A DNA stretch of 64,000 bases from Minisyncoccota bacterium (GTDB lineage: Bacteria > Patescibacteriota > Minisyncoccia > Phycocordibacterales > Phycocordibacteraceae): contig DASZTF010000044.1 in the NCBI GenBank assembly GCA_035548315.1, positions 95,484 through 159,483 of the forward strand, in the 5' to 3' direction. The stretch's first letter is position 1; every line of letters starts with the position of its first letter. The notes below the pieces were generated by a model. The model was given only the letters and a program-made list of their open reading frames with translations, made no database searches and was not told where the DNA came from. The translations under genes and the position numbers were made by a program. This document shows positions 36,078-46,525 of this stretch, piece after piece.

Positions 36078-37091
36078 ATGGCGTATTTTTCTCCGAAACT
36101 GGGGATCGATTTGGGTACGACGAACGTGCTTGTGTTCCTGCCCGGGAAGGGCGTGGTGCTGAACGAGCCCTCGGTCGTGGCCGTCTCGACGGAGAATAAT
36201 AAAGTGCTTGCGATCGGCGTGGATGCGAAGAAGATGATCGGCCGCACGCCAGACTCCATCATTGCGTACCGCCCCATGAAAGACGGCGTGATCGCGGACT
36301 ACCGCGTGACGCAGGCGATGCTCAAATACTTCATGAGGAAAGCACTCGGGCGCTGGAACCTCTTCCGCCCGACCGTGCTTATTTCCGTGCCGGCTGGTGT
36401 GACGTCGACTGAAAAGCGCGCGGTGATCGAAGCAGCTATTAAGGCAGGTGCAAAAGATGCGTACGTGGTGAAGGAGCCGATCCTCGCGGCAATCGGCGCG
36501 GGCATTCCGATTCAAGAACCGATGGGGCGCATGGTAGTGGATATTGGAGGCGGCACGATAGACGTCGCGGTGATTTCTCTTGGCGGTATCGTGGCAGCCA
36601 CGTCAGTGAAGTGCGCGGGTAACCGCCTCGATGGCTCCATCGTGGATCACGTGAAGAAGCAGTACAATCTGGCGATCGGCGATAAGTCTGCGGAAGAAGT
36701 AAAAATTAAAGTCGGCTCTGCGGTCGCCGTGACCGAGCAGCTCGCGATCCCGGTGAAGGGCCGCGACCTGGTCTCTGGACTCCCGCGCACGGTGGAACTC
36801 AAGACGAACGAAGTAGTGGAAGCCATGAATCGCGAACTGCGCGAGATGATGGGCGCTATCAGAAAAGTATTGCAGGAGACGCCACCGGAACTTGCAAGTG
36901 ACATCATCGATAACGGCATCATCCTCACTGGGGGATCGTCGCAGCTGCGCAATATGCCAGAACTCATCCTGCGCCGCACGGGCGTCTCGGCGAAGCTCGC
37001 ACAAGACGCGTACTTCTGTGTGGCGCGCGGCACGGGCGTCGCCCTGCGCCATCTCGACACCTACAAGTCGAGTATCATCAGCAAGAAATAG
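36078..37091 (+). CDS. mreB: rod-shape actin homolog MreB (copy 1, monocistronic)
   Basis: GIDLGTTNVLVF, EPSVVAV and DIGGGTIDVAV actin-fold motifs. Leaderless (TATCAT 8 nt before the ATG). Confidence 0.9.
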   Translation: MAYFSPKLGIDLGTTNVLVFLPGKGVVLNEPSVVAVSTENNKVLAIGVDAKKMIGRTPDSIIAYRPMKDGVIADYRVTQAMLKYFMRKALGRWNLFRPTVLISVPAGVTSTEKRAVIEAAIKAGAKDAYVVKEPILAAIGAGIPIQEPMGRMVVDIGGGTIDVAVISLGGIVAATSVKCAGNRLDGSIVDHVKKQYNLAIGDKSAEEVKIKVGSAVAVTEQLAIPVKGRDLVSGLPRTVELKTNEVVEAMNRELREMMGAIRKVLQETPPELASDIIDNGIILTGGSSQLRNMPELILRRTGVSAKLAQDAYFCVARGTGVALRHLDTYKSSIISKK

Positions 37092-37160
37092 CTTGTATAG
37101 AAATAGAGAAGGCCCGCCGACATATATGCGTCGGACGGGCCTCTTACGTACCGCTGAAGA

Positions 37161-37772
37161 TCAGTACCACTCTCTGAGTGGACTACGCGTTCGAATGCGA
37201 AAGCGCAAAAGCAGAAGCGCTGTCGTCGTCGAACCAATCACCATATAGACGGGATACGCGAAATTCGCGAAGGTGTAATCGCTAATCGCGAAAAGCGATA
37301 CGAAGACACCAGTGGCGAAAGCAAACCAGGCGTACGGCCGATCCTCCCACGGCGTTACCCACGCTGCTTTGAAGGTGGGCCCAGCCGCACATACATCCGC
37401 AAAGATAGCTAGATAGAGTGCATACTGTGCCATGTCAGGATCATTGCGGACTCGCCACCATATAAGCAACGCAGCGATTCCGCAGATGCCACACACATAG
37501 TCCAGACCACCAAGCTTCGTCCATTCTCCTTTGCGCCAGATGGCGAGAATGGCGATGGCGGTCGGATTGATGAAACCGGCAACGGCGGGCCAGATATTAT
37601 CTTTGGCGCCGGAGCTGCGGTAGGTGAGAAGCAGGGCGAGCCCAATAAAGGCCCACAACACCCAGCTCGTGATTTGCGGTCGTATCGCGCCTTGGGCGAC
37701 GCGGTATATGTACGGCAGTGTGCCGATGGTGCATATCGCACCAGACAGAAGTCCAATCGTTTCTGTGCTCAA
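37161..37772 (-). CDS. hypothetical polytopic membrane protein
   Basis: Six hydrophobic helices. No family recognised. Confidence 0.4.
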   Translation of the reverse strand: MSTETIGLLSGAICTIGTLPYIYRVAQGAIRPQITSWVLWAFIGLALLLTYRSSGAKDNIWPAVAGFINPTAIAILAIWRKGEWTKLGGLDYVCGICGIAALLIWWRVRNDPDMAQYALYLAIFADVCAAGPTFKAAWVTPWEDRPYAWFAFATGVFVSLFAISDYTFANFAYPVYMVIGSTTTALLLLRFRIRTRSPLREWY

Positions 37773-37847
37773 GGAACTCTCCTATTGAGTTGCGAACTTC
37801 ATAATCGTATATTTCTTTGTATATGTCAAGTAGGGTATGATGACTCC

Positions 37848-38543
37848 ATGGCGCATCACGCGTTCTTCTGGGCTGGGGATCAGGAAGCAGGAGTGGAAGC
37901 CACGCTCCGCTATGCGGAGCGCGATATGAAGCTTTCGCTTACCGGGAACCCCGATATCATCATTGAGCGATACGGGCTCCTGCGCGTGGAGGACGCGCGG
38001 CGCATCGGGGAGAAGGCGAATCTCGCGCCGGTGAAAGGGAGCGAGAAGCTCTACATCATCGGCGCAGGCCGCATCTTCCACGAATCGCAGAATGCGATGC
38101 TTAAACTTTTTGAAGAGCCGCCTGAGGGTACGACGCTCATATTAATTGTGCCGAGCGAAGGAGATCTTTTGTATACGCTGCGCTCGCGCCTGCTGCCGCT
38201 GCCGGTAGAGACAAACGAGGCGGCACTTTCTGAAGAGGCGCAGGCATTTATCGCGGGCGGCGCGGCTGCTCGAGAGAAAGTGGTTGAAGCAATTCTCGAC
38301 GACGCGAAGTCTGACAATGATGACGAGAAGCAGGCTGCGCGCGCTCGGGCGCTGCAGCTTGCTGAAGGTCTTGCGCAGTCTGCGTATAAAGTGTGGCGTG
38401 CAGAAAGCGGCCCCGACTCGCGCGACAAACTCCAAGCGTTTCTCACCGACCTCGACCGACTCATTCCAATCCTCCACGACCGTTCTGCGCCGCTCAAACC
38501 AATCCTTGAGCATATTTTAATAATCGCACCTAAAAAGTTGTAA
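37848..38543 (+). CDS. holB: DNA polymerase III delta-prime-like subunit (degenerate P-loop)
   Basis: FHESQNAMLKLFEEPPEGTTLILI matches the clamp-loader delta-prime box. The Walker A site is degenerate (HAFFWAGDQEAG), as is usual for delta-prime. Confidence 0.55.
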   Translation: MAHHAFFWAGDQEAGVEATLRYAERDMKLSLTGNPDIIIERYGLLRVEDARRIGEKANLAPVKGSEKLYIIGAGRIFHESQNAMLKLFEEPPEGTTLILIVPSEGDLLYTLRSRLLPLPVETNEAALSEEAQAFIAGGAAAREKVVEAILDDAKSDNDDEKQAARARALQLAEGLAQSAYKVWRAESGPDSRDKLQAFLTDLDRLIPILHDRSAPLKPILEHILIIAPKKL

Positions 38544-38649
38544 TACGCTACGCAGATAATTCGCAAAAAGGGTACGCTCCAGGCCGCTCGGCAGTCAGCC
38601 CCTTTTTGCGAATCATCCGCTACGCGTTACCTTTTGTTATAATCACGGC

Positions 38650-39198
38650 ATGGCATACGACGCATCCAAATTGAAGACGCAGATTAAGGAAACAGAAGAA
38701 TGGCTTAGTCGCGAGCTCGCGGGGGTGCGCACCGGGCGCGCGACACCGACACTCCTCGACTCGATCAAGCCCGAGGTATACGGCGCGCGCACGCCGCTTA
38801 ATCAGGTCGGTTCGGTCTCGATCGAAGACGCGCGCACGCTGCGCATCGTCCCGTGGGACAAGAGCTCCATCAAAGCGATTGAAAAGGCAGTGATAGAAGC
38901 AGACCTTGGTGTGGGCGTCGCCACCGATGACCAGGGACTCCGCGTCACCTTCCCAGAACTCACGGCGGAGCGCCGCACGCTCCTCACCAAGCTCGCGAAC
39001 GAAAAGCACGAGCAGGCAAAGGTGACGCTGCGCGGTCACCGCACGGATGCGATCAAAGAAATAGAAGGTCTCCAGAAGGAGGGCATGGGAGAAGACCAGG
39101 CCAAGCGCGATAAAGAAGAAGTACAGAAGCTGATCGACGCTGCGAACACTGCACTCGAAGCACTCGCGAAGAAAAAGGCAGACGAGATCGCACAGTAA
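38650..39198 (+). CDS. frr: ribosome recycling factor
   Basis: Full-length RRF similarity (LAGVRTGRATPTLLD...RIVPWDKS). Leaderless (TATAAT 7 nt upstream). Confidence 0.9.
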   Translation: MAYDASKLKTQIKETEEWLSRELAGVRTGRATPTLLDSIKPEVYGARTPLNQVGSVSIEDARTLRIVPWDKSSIKAIEKAVIEADLGVGVATDDQGLRVTFPELTAERRTLLTKLANEKHEQAKVTLRGHRTDAIKEIEGLQKEGMGEDQAKRDKEEVQKLIDAANTALEALAKKKADEIAQ

Positions 39199-39200
39199 GC

Positions 39201-40298
39201 ATGGAGGTCCTTATACTCATTATCGTCCTTGTGCTCCTCGTGCTCGTGCACGAGCTTGGGCACTTCATCGCGGCGAAGGCGACAGGCATGCGCGTCGATG
39301 AGTTCGGCATCGGCTATCCGCCACGCGCGCTCACGATGTTTAAGAAAGGCGAGACCACCTACACGCTCAATTGGTTGCCGTTCGGTGGGTTCGTGAAGAT
39401 CTACGGCGAAGATGGGGAAGCGCACGCGACCGACGGCCGTGCGTTCTCTGATAAGAATCGCTTCTCGCAAGCCATCGTACTGGTCGCCGGTATTGCGATG
39501 AACCTTCTCTTTGCGTTGATACTCATTTCCGCGAGCCTCGCGATCGGTACGCCACGCGCGCTCGATGCAAGCGAGGTTGCGAGTGCAAGGGACGCCTCGC
39601 TCGTCATTTCTGACGTCGTGCCTGGATCGCCAGCAGCGGCCGCGGGACTCGTCGTCGGCGACGAAGTGAAGCAAGTGATCAAGGGCGATCAGACGTTCAC
39701 CGCGCTTGATCCAGCGGCATTCACGCCGTTCGTGGCGAGCGATGCAGAGGGTACGCCGATCACCTTTGACCTCGTGCGCGATGGGAGCGAGACACTCATT
39801 TCTGCGGTACCAAAGGCCGGCGTAATTCCAGAAGACCCGACGCGCCCGGCACTCGGCGTCGCACTTGCGGTCGTGGGCACCGTGCCAGTCTCGCCGGCGC
39901 GCGCAATCGTACTCGGCGCTGAGTATACCTGGGCCATCGTGGCCGAGACCGCCACGGGGCTTGCGCACTTCCTCGCGAGCTTCTTTACATTCTCCGCAGA
40001 CCTCTCGCAGGTCTCGGGCCCGGTCGGCATCGCGGGCGCGGTCGGCACGGCAGCCAACGCTGGATTCGGCGCGCTCGTGTCACTCACCGCAGTCATATCG
40101 GTGAACTTGGCGCTCATCAACCTCATTCCCGTGCCGGCGCTCGACGGCGGGAGGCTGCTGTTCGTCATTATCGAAGCGATCACGCGCCGCAAGATCAAGC
40201 CGAACGTCGCGAACGCGGTGAATAGCATCGGCTTCGCCCTTCTTATCATCCTCATGGTCGTCGTAACCGGCCACGACATTTGGAAATTGGTGGGATAG
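39201..40298 (+). CDS. rseP: site-2 protease RseP (M50) with PDZ domain
   Basis: HELGHF zinc motif, central PDZ domain (VVPGSPAAAAGLVVGDEV), C-terminal LDGG motif. Confidence 0.85.
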   Translation: MEVLILIIVLVLLVLVHELGHFIAAKATGMRVDEFGIGYPPRALTMFKKGETTYTLNWLPFGGFVKIYGEDGEAHATDGRAFSDKNRFSQAIVLVAGIAMNLLFALILISASLAIGTPRALDASEVASARDASLVISDVVPGSPAAAAGLVVGDEVKQVIKGDQTFTALDPAAFTPFVASDAEGTPITFDLVRDGSETLISAVPKAGVIPEDPTRPALGVALAVVGTVPVSPARAIVLGAEYTWAIVAETATGLAHFLASFFTFSADLSQVSGPVGIAGAVGTAANAGFGALVSLTAVISVNLALINLIPVPALDGGRLLFVIIEAITRRKIKPNVANAVNSIGFALLIILMVVVTGHDIWKLVG

Positions 40299-40351
40299 CA
40301 AAATCCCCGAACCAGCGTGAGCCGATCCGGGGATTTTTTGAGGCGTGTCGC

Positions 40352-40765
40352 TTAGTTGTTGTCAGCGAAATTCGTCTTCGGTTCCGGAGGGATGATGACA
40401 TATCCGTATTTCCGGTGGTGTGCCTTCGTGGTAGTGATGACTTCCACGACGAGCGGGACGCTACGAGGATCCTTCGACTGATCGCCGAGGAATTCGTATG
40501 CTCCGGTCATCAGGTATTCACCGACGGTGGTTTGACAGTGACCGTGGTCGACGTCTTTGTCGACGCCCTGTTCATCGTGCGGTCCGTGGATGGTCGGCGC
40601 GATGTCCTGTGCGGCGAGATACCCGAACCGCGAGTCCGATGAGTCATGGCACATGACCCGGCCGTCGACACCGAGTTTGGCCGGTACGAGTTGTATTCCC
40701 TGAGCGCACGCGGGTGCTGAAAAGAGCAGGGCGCACGCCATTCCTGCAATCGTGAGTCTCTTCAT
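40352..40765 (-). CDS. secreted His-rich hypothetical protein
   Basis: Signal peptide MKRLTIAGMACALLFSAPACAQG. His/Asp cluster HGPHDEQGVDKDVDHGHC, a possible metal site. Confidence 0.4.
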   Translation of the reverse strand: MKRLTIAGMACALLFSAPACAQGIQLVPAKLGVDGRVMCHDSSDSRFGYLAAQDIAPTIHGPHDEQGVDKDVDHGHCQTTVGEYLMTGAYEFLGDQSKDPRSVPLVVEVITTTKAHHRKYGYVIIPPEPKTNFADNN

Positions 40766-40887
40766 TTGATCCTCCCCAGTGGTGAGACTTGCCAATCCGT
40801 AGAATGGATTGCCTAGTTATACGCCCATTCAGATTAATTGCAAGGAGGGGTGGTGCATAACTTTTGCGCGCCGTATACTCTCTAGCA

Positions 40888-42162
40888 ATGCGGCAATCAC
40901 AGCTATTTACGAAAACGCGGAAGCAGGCGCCTTCAGATGAAGAGGCAAAGAACGCCCAGCTCCTTATTCGTGCAGGGTACGTGCACAAACAAATGGCCGG
41001 CGTGTATGCGTACCTGCCGCTCGGGCTTCGGGTGGTCGAGAACATCAAGAAAATAGTGCGCGAAGAGATGAACAAGGTTGGCGGAGAAGAAATGATCATG
41101 ACCTCGCTCCAGCCTAAAGAGCTCTGGGAATCGACCGGCCGCTGGGATGATGCGAACGTCGATGTGTGGTTCAAATCAAAACTCAAGAACGGCGCCGACG
41201 TCGGATTCGGGTGGTCGCACGAGGAACCCATCACCGACATGATGAAGCAGTTCATCGCGAGTTACCGGGACCTGCCAGTGTATGCGTACCAATTCCAGAC
41301 TAAATTGCGTAATGAGCTGCGTGCGAAGTCAGGCATCATGCGGGGGCGCGAGTTCGTGATGAAAGATCTGTACTCGTACACAAAAGACGAGGCGGCTCAC
41401 AAAGAGTTCTACGAAAAAATGACCGCCGCGTACCTCAAGGTGTTTGAGCGGGTTGGCCTCGGTGACCGCACGTACCTCACGTTCGCCTCGGGCGGTGCCT
41501 TCACGCAGTTCTCCCACGAATTCCAGACGATTACAGACATCGGTGAGGACACTATTTATGTGAGCAAGGAGAAAGAGATCGCGATTAATAAGGAGGTGCT
41601 CACCGATGAGGTGATGGCACAGCTCGGAGTTTCTCGCGATGAACTTGAGGAAGTGAAATCAATCGAAGTCGGAAATATCTTTAGCTTCGGCGATGTGAAG
41701 AGCAAGCAGATGGGGCTTATGTATAAAGATGAAAGCGGAGAAGAGAAACCCGTCATCCTCGGCTCCTATGGCATCGGCATCACGCGCCTCATGGGCACGC
41801 TCGTCGAGATATTCGCTGATGATAAGGGCCTCGTCTGGCCGGAAGCCGTTGCGCCGTTCATGGTGCACCTGCTGCTCCTCACGCCGGATGATGAGGCGAC
41901 TAAAGCATACGCCGATGCACTCTACGAAGACCTCCAGAAAGCGGGTGTGGACGTGCTCTACGACGACCGCAGCAACCGCGCGGGGGAGAAGCTCGCGGAC
42001 GCAGACTTGATCGGCATCCCGGCGCGCGTGGTGATCGGTAAGAACACTATTGAGGCGGGAAAGATTGAATCGACCTACCGCCGCACGGGGCAGACCAATC
42101 TCGTCTCGCGCGAGGAATTGATCGCGTTTGCGAGCGGTGCGCAGAAGGCTCACCATGGCTAA
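40888..42162 (+). CDS. proS: prolyl-tRNA synthetase (short form lacking the INS editing domain)
   Basis: MRQSQLF N-terminus, class II motifs, C-terminal anticodon-binding domain. Leaderless (TATACT 6 nt before the ATG). Confidence 0.85.
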   Translation: MRQSQLFTKTRKQAPSDEEAKNAQLLIRAGYVHKQMAGVYAYLPLGLRVVENIKKIVREEMNKVGGEEMIMTSLQPKELWESTGRWDDANVDVWFKSKLKNGADVGFGWSHEEPITDMMKQFIASYRDLPVYAYQFQTKLRNELRAKSGIMRGREFVMKDLYSYTKDEAAHKEFYEKMTAAYLKVFERVGLGDRTYLTFASGGAFTQFSHEFQTITDIGEDTIYVSKEKEIAINKEVLTDEVMAQLGVSRDELEEVKSIEVGNIFSFGDVKSKQMGLMYKDESGEEKPVILGSYGIGITRLMGTLVEIFADDKGLVWPEAVAPFMVHLLLLTPDDEATKAYADALYEDLQKAGVDVLYDDRSNRAGEKLADADLIGIPARVVIGKNTIEAGKIESTYRRTGQTNLVSREELIAFASGAQKAHHG

Positions 42163-43210
42163 GCGATTCTCCAAGAACTCTTTCTTCTCAAGCGACATCG
42201 GGATCGACCTCGGTACAGCTAACACGCTCGTCTATGTGCGCGGTCGTGGGATCGTGCTCAACGAGCCCTCGGTCGTAGCGGTGAATGATAAAACGGGGCA
42301 GGTGGTGGCAATCGGCGCAGACGCCAAGCGCATGCTCGGCAAGACGCCGCCACATATTCGCGCAGTGCGGCCGCTTTCCCACGGCGTCATCTCTGATTTC
42401 GAAGTCACGCAGGAGCTACTCGCGTATCTCATTAATAAAGCGCATGGCGGGCGTTCGCGCCTCTTTGGCCCGCGCGTGGTCGTGGGCGTGCCGACCGGCG
42501 TCACCAACGTGGAAAGCCGCGCCGTGCGCGACGCGGCGATGACCGCGGGCGCGCGTGAAGTGTTCATCATTGATGAACCAGTCGCCGGCGCTATCGGCAG
42601 CAAGCTCCCAATTCACGAAGCGCTCGGTACCATGGTGCTCGACATCGGCGGTGGTACGACTGACATCGCCGTGCTTGCGCTTACGGGCACGGTGGCGAGT
42701 AAGTCCTCGCATGTTGCCGGTGACCGGTTCAATGAAAACATCATCGATTTTGTCCGGAGCGAGTTCCAGCTCGCGATCGGTGAGCGTACTGCGGAAGACG
42801 TAAAGATCAAGATCGGTGCGGTCACCCCGCAGCCTGAACCGCTCACCATGCAGGTGCGCGGCCGCGATCTCGCCACCGGGCTCCCGCGAGAAATCACGCT
42901 TACCGATACCCATGTGCGCGAAGCGCTCGAGAGCTCACTCGACTCGCTGCTCGAAGCGATGAAGGAAGTGATCGAGAAAACCCCGCCGGAGCTACTTTCA
43001 GACGTGCTCGAGCGCGGGGTCACCATATTTGGCGGCGGTGCGCTCCTGCGCGGGCTGCCCGAGCTTTTGAGCAAAATGCTCGGCGTGCCCGTGCATGTGG
43101 CGACCGACCCGCTTACTGCGGTCGTGCGCGGCGCGGGTATTGTGACAGAAGACCCGACGCCGTGGGCGAGCGTATTTATCGATGAAGAGGACGTACTTCG
43201 GGAGGCGTAA
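42155..43210 (+). CDS. mreB: MreB (copy 2, first gene of mreBCD-mrdA)
   Basis: Same actin motifs as copy 1. Overlaps the proS end by 8 nt. Confidence 0.85.
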   Translation: MAKRFSKNSFFSSDIGIDLGTANTLVYVRGRGIVLNEPSVVAVNDKTGQVVAIGADAKRMLGKTPPHIRAVRPLSHGVISDFEVTQELLAYLINKAHGGRSRLFGPRVVVGVPTGVTNVESRAVRDAAMTAGAREVFIIDEPVAGAIGSKLPIHEALGTMVLDIGGGTTDIAVLALTGTVASKSSHVAGDRFNENIIDFVRSEFQLAIGERTAEDVKIKIGAVTPQPEPLTMQVRGRDLATGLPREITLTDTHVREALESSLDSLLEAMKEVIEKTPPELLSDVLERGVTIFGGGALLRGLPELLSKMLGVPVHVATDPLTAVVRGAGIVTEDPTPWASVFIDEEDVLREA

Positions 43211-43967
43211 TGCCCTTATATCGCGCGGCACCGCGCTTATCGGCGGCGCATTCGCGCTCGTGGCACTTATCATACTCGTCCTGCGCCTCGCGTTCCCGAG
43301 CGCGCTCGTTTCAGTCGCAACACCACTGTGGAAGTTCTCTGCAGCAGCGGGGGAGGCTTTCCACGCTGGCGCGGCATCGTTTGCGTCACCCGCCGCACTG
43401 CAACGCGAGCTCGATACCGCACGTGCGCAGAACGACGCGCTCACGAACCAGAACAAGACGCTCGCTGCACAGGTCGTTGATCTACAGAACCTGCTTGGCT
43501 CGCGAACAGACGTGCCGCCTGCAGTACTCGCGAGCGTGCTCACGCGCCCGCCCGAGAGCCCGTATGACACGCTCGTCATCGATCAAGGATCGCGCGCGAC
43601 GATCGCGCCCGACGCGCTCGTGACCGGCCCCGGCGGCGTACCGGTGGGGAAAGTGGCCTCGGTGAACGCCGCATCCGCGCGCGTGCTGCTTTTCTCTGCG
43701 CCCGGCACGGCGACCAATGCATGGGTGGGACAGCATAAAGTACCAATTACGCTTACGGGCGCTGGTAGTGGTGCGTTCGACGCCACGGTTCCGAAGGACG
43801 CGAACATTGTCATCGGTGATTCCGTGTATGTCGCCGACGGTGGCGCCGCGGCGATGGGGACGGTCGTGCGCCTTGATAGCGATCCCTCCTCGACGAGCGT
43901 GACGCTGCGCATCCAACCGCTCGTGAATCCGTTCTCGCTTACGTGGGTGCTTGTCTCTCGTTCATGA
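43182..43967 (+). CDS. mreC: rod shape-determining protein MreC
   Basis: TM anchor, coiled coil, then a beta domain (VVTGPGGVPVGKV...VIGDSVYV). Confidence 0.75.
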   Translation: MKRTYFGRRNALISRGTALIGGAFALVALIILVLRLAFPSALVSVATPLWKFSAAAGEAFHAGAASFASPAALQRELDTARAQNDALTNQNKTLAAQVVDLQNLLGSRTDVPPAVLASVLTRPPESPYDTLVIDQGSRATIAPDALVTGPGGVPVGKVASVNAASARVLLFSAPGTATNAWVGQHKVPITLTGAGSGAFDATVPKDANIVIGDSVYVADGGAAAMGTVVRLDSDPSSTSVTLRIQPLVNPFSLTWVLVSRS

Positions 43968-44221
43968 CACGCTCCGTACTGATGGTGCTCGCAGCTGTCT
44001 CGGTTTTTCTTTTTCCGTGGCCCTACGTTACGGCGCTGGTTTTCCTTGCAGCGCTCTATGTGCCGCTCATCGGCATCTCGCTCGGTGTCATCTATGACGC
44101 CCTCTATTACACGCAGGGCGGTGGGTGGCCGGTGGCAACGCTTGCCGGCATCGTGGGTTCGGTCGCTGCGTTCTTCCTCGCGCGATTCATCCGCTCGCGC
44201 ATCGCGGATGTGTCGCTCTAG
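43964..44221 (+). CDS. mreD: MreD-like small membrane protein
   Basis: 85-aa polytopic protein at the mreD position between mreC and mrdA. ATGA start/stop overlap with mreC. Confidence 0.5.
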   Translation: MTRSVLMVLAAVSVFLFPWPYVTALVFLAALYVPLIGISLGVIYDALYYTQGGGWPVATLAGIVGSVAAFFLARFIRSRIADVSL

Positions 44222-44253
44222 GCGCGAGCCGCGCTTTTCGATAGACTAGAACG

Positions 44254-45939
44254 ATGTGGGGGATAGGGAGTCGCAATCGGTACCGCGATCCGGAAATTGC
44301 ACCGGACGAGATTTTTCTTGATTCGAGCAATCTCCCCGACTTCAACCGCTCCCAGCTTGAAGGAAAACTCGAGAAGCCAATCTCGCGCCGCACCTATGGC
44401 ATATTCGGTGCGGTCATCGCGCTCATACTCATCGCCCTCCTCAGCCAGGCCTGGAATCTCCAGGTGCATCAGGGAGTCGCGTACGCGGCCCGCAGCGAGA
44501 AAAATGTCCTCGCACCCGAGACACTGTTTGCCGCACGCGGCATCATCACGGATAGAAATGGCTCGCCCCTCGTGACGAACGAAGCATCGAGTTCGAGTGA
44601 CCCCGCGGCGTTCGCGAATCGTGTGTACAAAACTCCAGGATTCGGCCAGCTGCTCGGGTACGTCTCGTATCCCAAAAAGGACACGTCGGGTAATTATTAC
44701 GACACCGACATCACCGGCGTCGCGGGAGTGGAGGAGACGTTCAATACACAGCTGGCTGGCGAGAACGGCACGCTGCTCGTGGAGCGAGACGCGCTCGGGA
44801 AAGCGCAGTCGGAAGGTACCATCGTCTCGCCTCAAAACGGCGCGACGCTCACGCTCTCCATTGATGCTCGTGCGCAGAGCGCGTTCTACAGTGCGATTTC
44901 ATCCCTCGCGGATAGGATCCCATTTAGCGGTGGCGCGGGCATCATGATGGACGTGAATACGGGGCAGGTCATCGCGCTCGTTTCCTATCCCGAATACGAC
45001 CCCAACATACTCTCTGCCGGTCAGCCGCGCAGCGTAATCGCTGGGTATTCCACCGACTCGCGCACGCCGTACCTCGACCGTCCCGTGCAGGGCCTTTACA
45101 CGCCCGGCTCCATCGTGAAGCCCGAAGAAGCTGCAGGCGCCCTTACCGACGGGGTGGTGACGCCGAACACCACGGTGAACGACATCGGCTACATCACTAT
45201 CCCTAATCCGTACGATCCAAGCCACCCGAATAAATTCGTGGACTGGAAAGCCATCGGTGTCGAGGATCTGCGTAAGGCCATCGCGTATTCCTCGGACGTC
45301 TATTTCTACATGGTGGGTGGCGGGTACCAGGGGCAGGGCGGGCTCGGCATTGATAGGCTCGGGCAATGGTACAGCACCTTTGGACTCACCAGTGAGACCG
45401 GCATACAGCTGCCCGGAGAAAAGAGCGGATTCGTCCCCGACCCCGCGTGGAAACAAAAGACGTTTAGTGAAGCGTGGAATATCGGTGATACCTATCACAC
45501 GGCGATCGGGCAGTATTCGATGCAGGTGACGCCAATAGAAATGGCGCGGGCGATAGCCGCGATCGCAAACGGCGGTAAACTCGTGACGCCGACTTTGATA
45601 AAGGACGCGCCGCCGCAGGGAGAGTCGATTGCCGTAAATCCGCAGATGCTCCAAGTAGTGCGCGAGGGCATGCGCATGGGCGTGACGGAGGGCACGTCGG
45701 TTGGTCTAAATGACATGTCGTTTGTGCAGCCCGCCGGCAAGACGGGTACCGCGCAGACTGGCCTGCACAACGAGTACTACAACTCCTGGGCGGTAGGGTT
45801 CTGGCCGTATAACGCTCCCAAATACGTGTACGTCGTGATGATGGAGCACGGCCCGGCGGGGAACGCGCTCGGCGGCATCTACGCCATGCACCAGGTTTTC
45901 ATGGACCTCCATCAGTCAGCGCCTGAGTACTTTGAATAG
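44254..45939 (+). CDS. mrdA: penicillin-binding protein 2 (elongation transpeptidase)
   Basis: SIVKP (SxxK), SSD and KTGTA transpeptidase motifs. N-terminal TM helix and dimerisation domain. Confidence 0.8.
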   Translation: MWGIGSRNRYRDPEIAPDEIFLDSSNLPDFNRSQLEGKLEKPISRRTYGIFGAVIALILIALLSQAWNLQVHQGVAYAARSEKNVLAPETLFAARGIITDRNGSPLVTNEASSSSDPAAFANRVYKTPGFGQLLGYVSYPKKDTSGNYYDTDITGVAGVEETFNTQLAGENGTLLVERDALGKAQSEGTIVSPQNGATLTLSIDARAQSAFYSAISSLADRIPFSGGAGIMMDVNTGQVIALVSYPEYDPNILSAGQPRSVIAGYSTDSRTPYLDRPVQGLYTPGSIVKPEEAAGALTDGVVTPNTTVNDIGYITIPNPYDPSHPNKFVDWKAIGVEDLRKAIAYSSDVYFYMVGGGYQGQGGLGIDRLGQWYSTFGLTSETGIQLPGEKSGFVPDPAWKQKTFSEAWNIGDTYHTAIGQYSMQVTPIEMARAIAAIANGGKLVTPTLIKDAPPQGESIAVNPQMLQVVREGMRMGVTEGTSVGLNDMSFVQPAGKTGTAQTGLHNEYYNSWAVGFWPYNAPKYVYVVMMEHGPAGNALGGIYAMHQVFMDLHQSAPEYFE

Positions 45940-45996
45940 TTGCGTGTTTTCATAGGGCACGTACAATACCTGCACATTATCCGATCGCCTCTGTAC

Positions 45997-46467
45997 ATGA
46001 CCGACCAGGAAACTATTGTTTCGCAGGAAAAATTCGATGAGATGACCAAAGAGCTTGAGCATCTCAAGACCGTGCGCCGTACGGAAATTGCGAAGAACCT
46101 CGAATACGCTCGCTCGCTCGGCGACCTTTCCGAGAATGCAGAGTACCAAGAAGCCCGCGAGCTCCAGGCCGCGACCGAGGAGCGCATCCGCAAATTGGAA
46201 GAGCTCGTGAAGCACGCCAAGATCCAGACCGATCACAAGAAAAAGGACGCGGTTGGATTCGGGTCCAAGGTATCTATCAAGAAGCAGGGAGCCACTGAGG
46301 GCCACGAGTACACCATCGTGGGCAGCGAGGAAGCAGACATGCGCGAGCACAAGCTCTCGCACCTCTCGCCGCTCGGTGCTGCGCTCATGGGCAAGAAGAA
46401 GGGAGAAGTATTCACCTTCGAAACCCCGAACGGCAAGCAGACCTACTCGATCGAAAAGGTCGCGTAA
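45997..46467 (+). CDS. greA: transcription elongation factor GreA
   Basis: N-terminal coiled coil with the conserved acidic tip (SLGDLSENAEYQEA) and a C-terminal FKBP-like domain. Confidence 0.85.
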   Translation: MTDQETIVSQEKFDEMTKELEHLKTVRRTEIAKNLEYARSLGDLSENAEYQEARELQAATEERIRKLEELVKHAKIQTDHKKKDAVGFGSKVSIKKQGATEGHEYTIVGSEEADMREHKLSHLSPLGAALMGKKKGEVFTFETPNGKQTYSIEKVA

Positions 46468-46486
46468 TCGAGCGCTTATGTGACAC

Positions 46487-46515
46487 AAAACGCCCCGCGC
46501 TGCGGGGCGTTTTGT
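46487..46515 (+). terminator. rho-independent terminator
   Basis: AAAA-CGCCCCGC-gct-GCGGGGCG-TTTTGTG. Confidence 0.65.
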
Positions 46516-46525
46516 GCACAGTTGC

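Noticed and set aside
37848-38543. Degenerate Walker A in the holB-like gene as a sign of pseudogenisation.
   Set aside because: Delta-prime subunits are normally ATPase-dead with degenerate P-loops, and the reading frame is intact.
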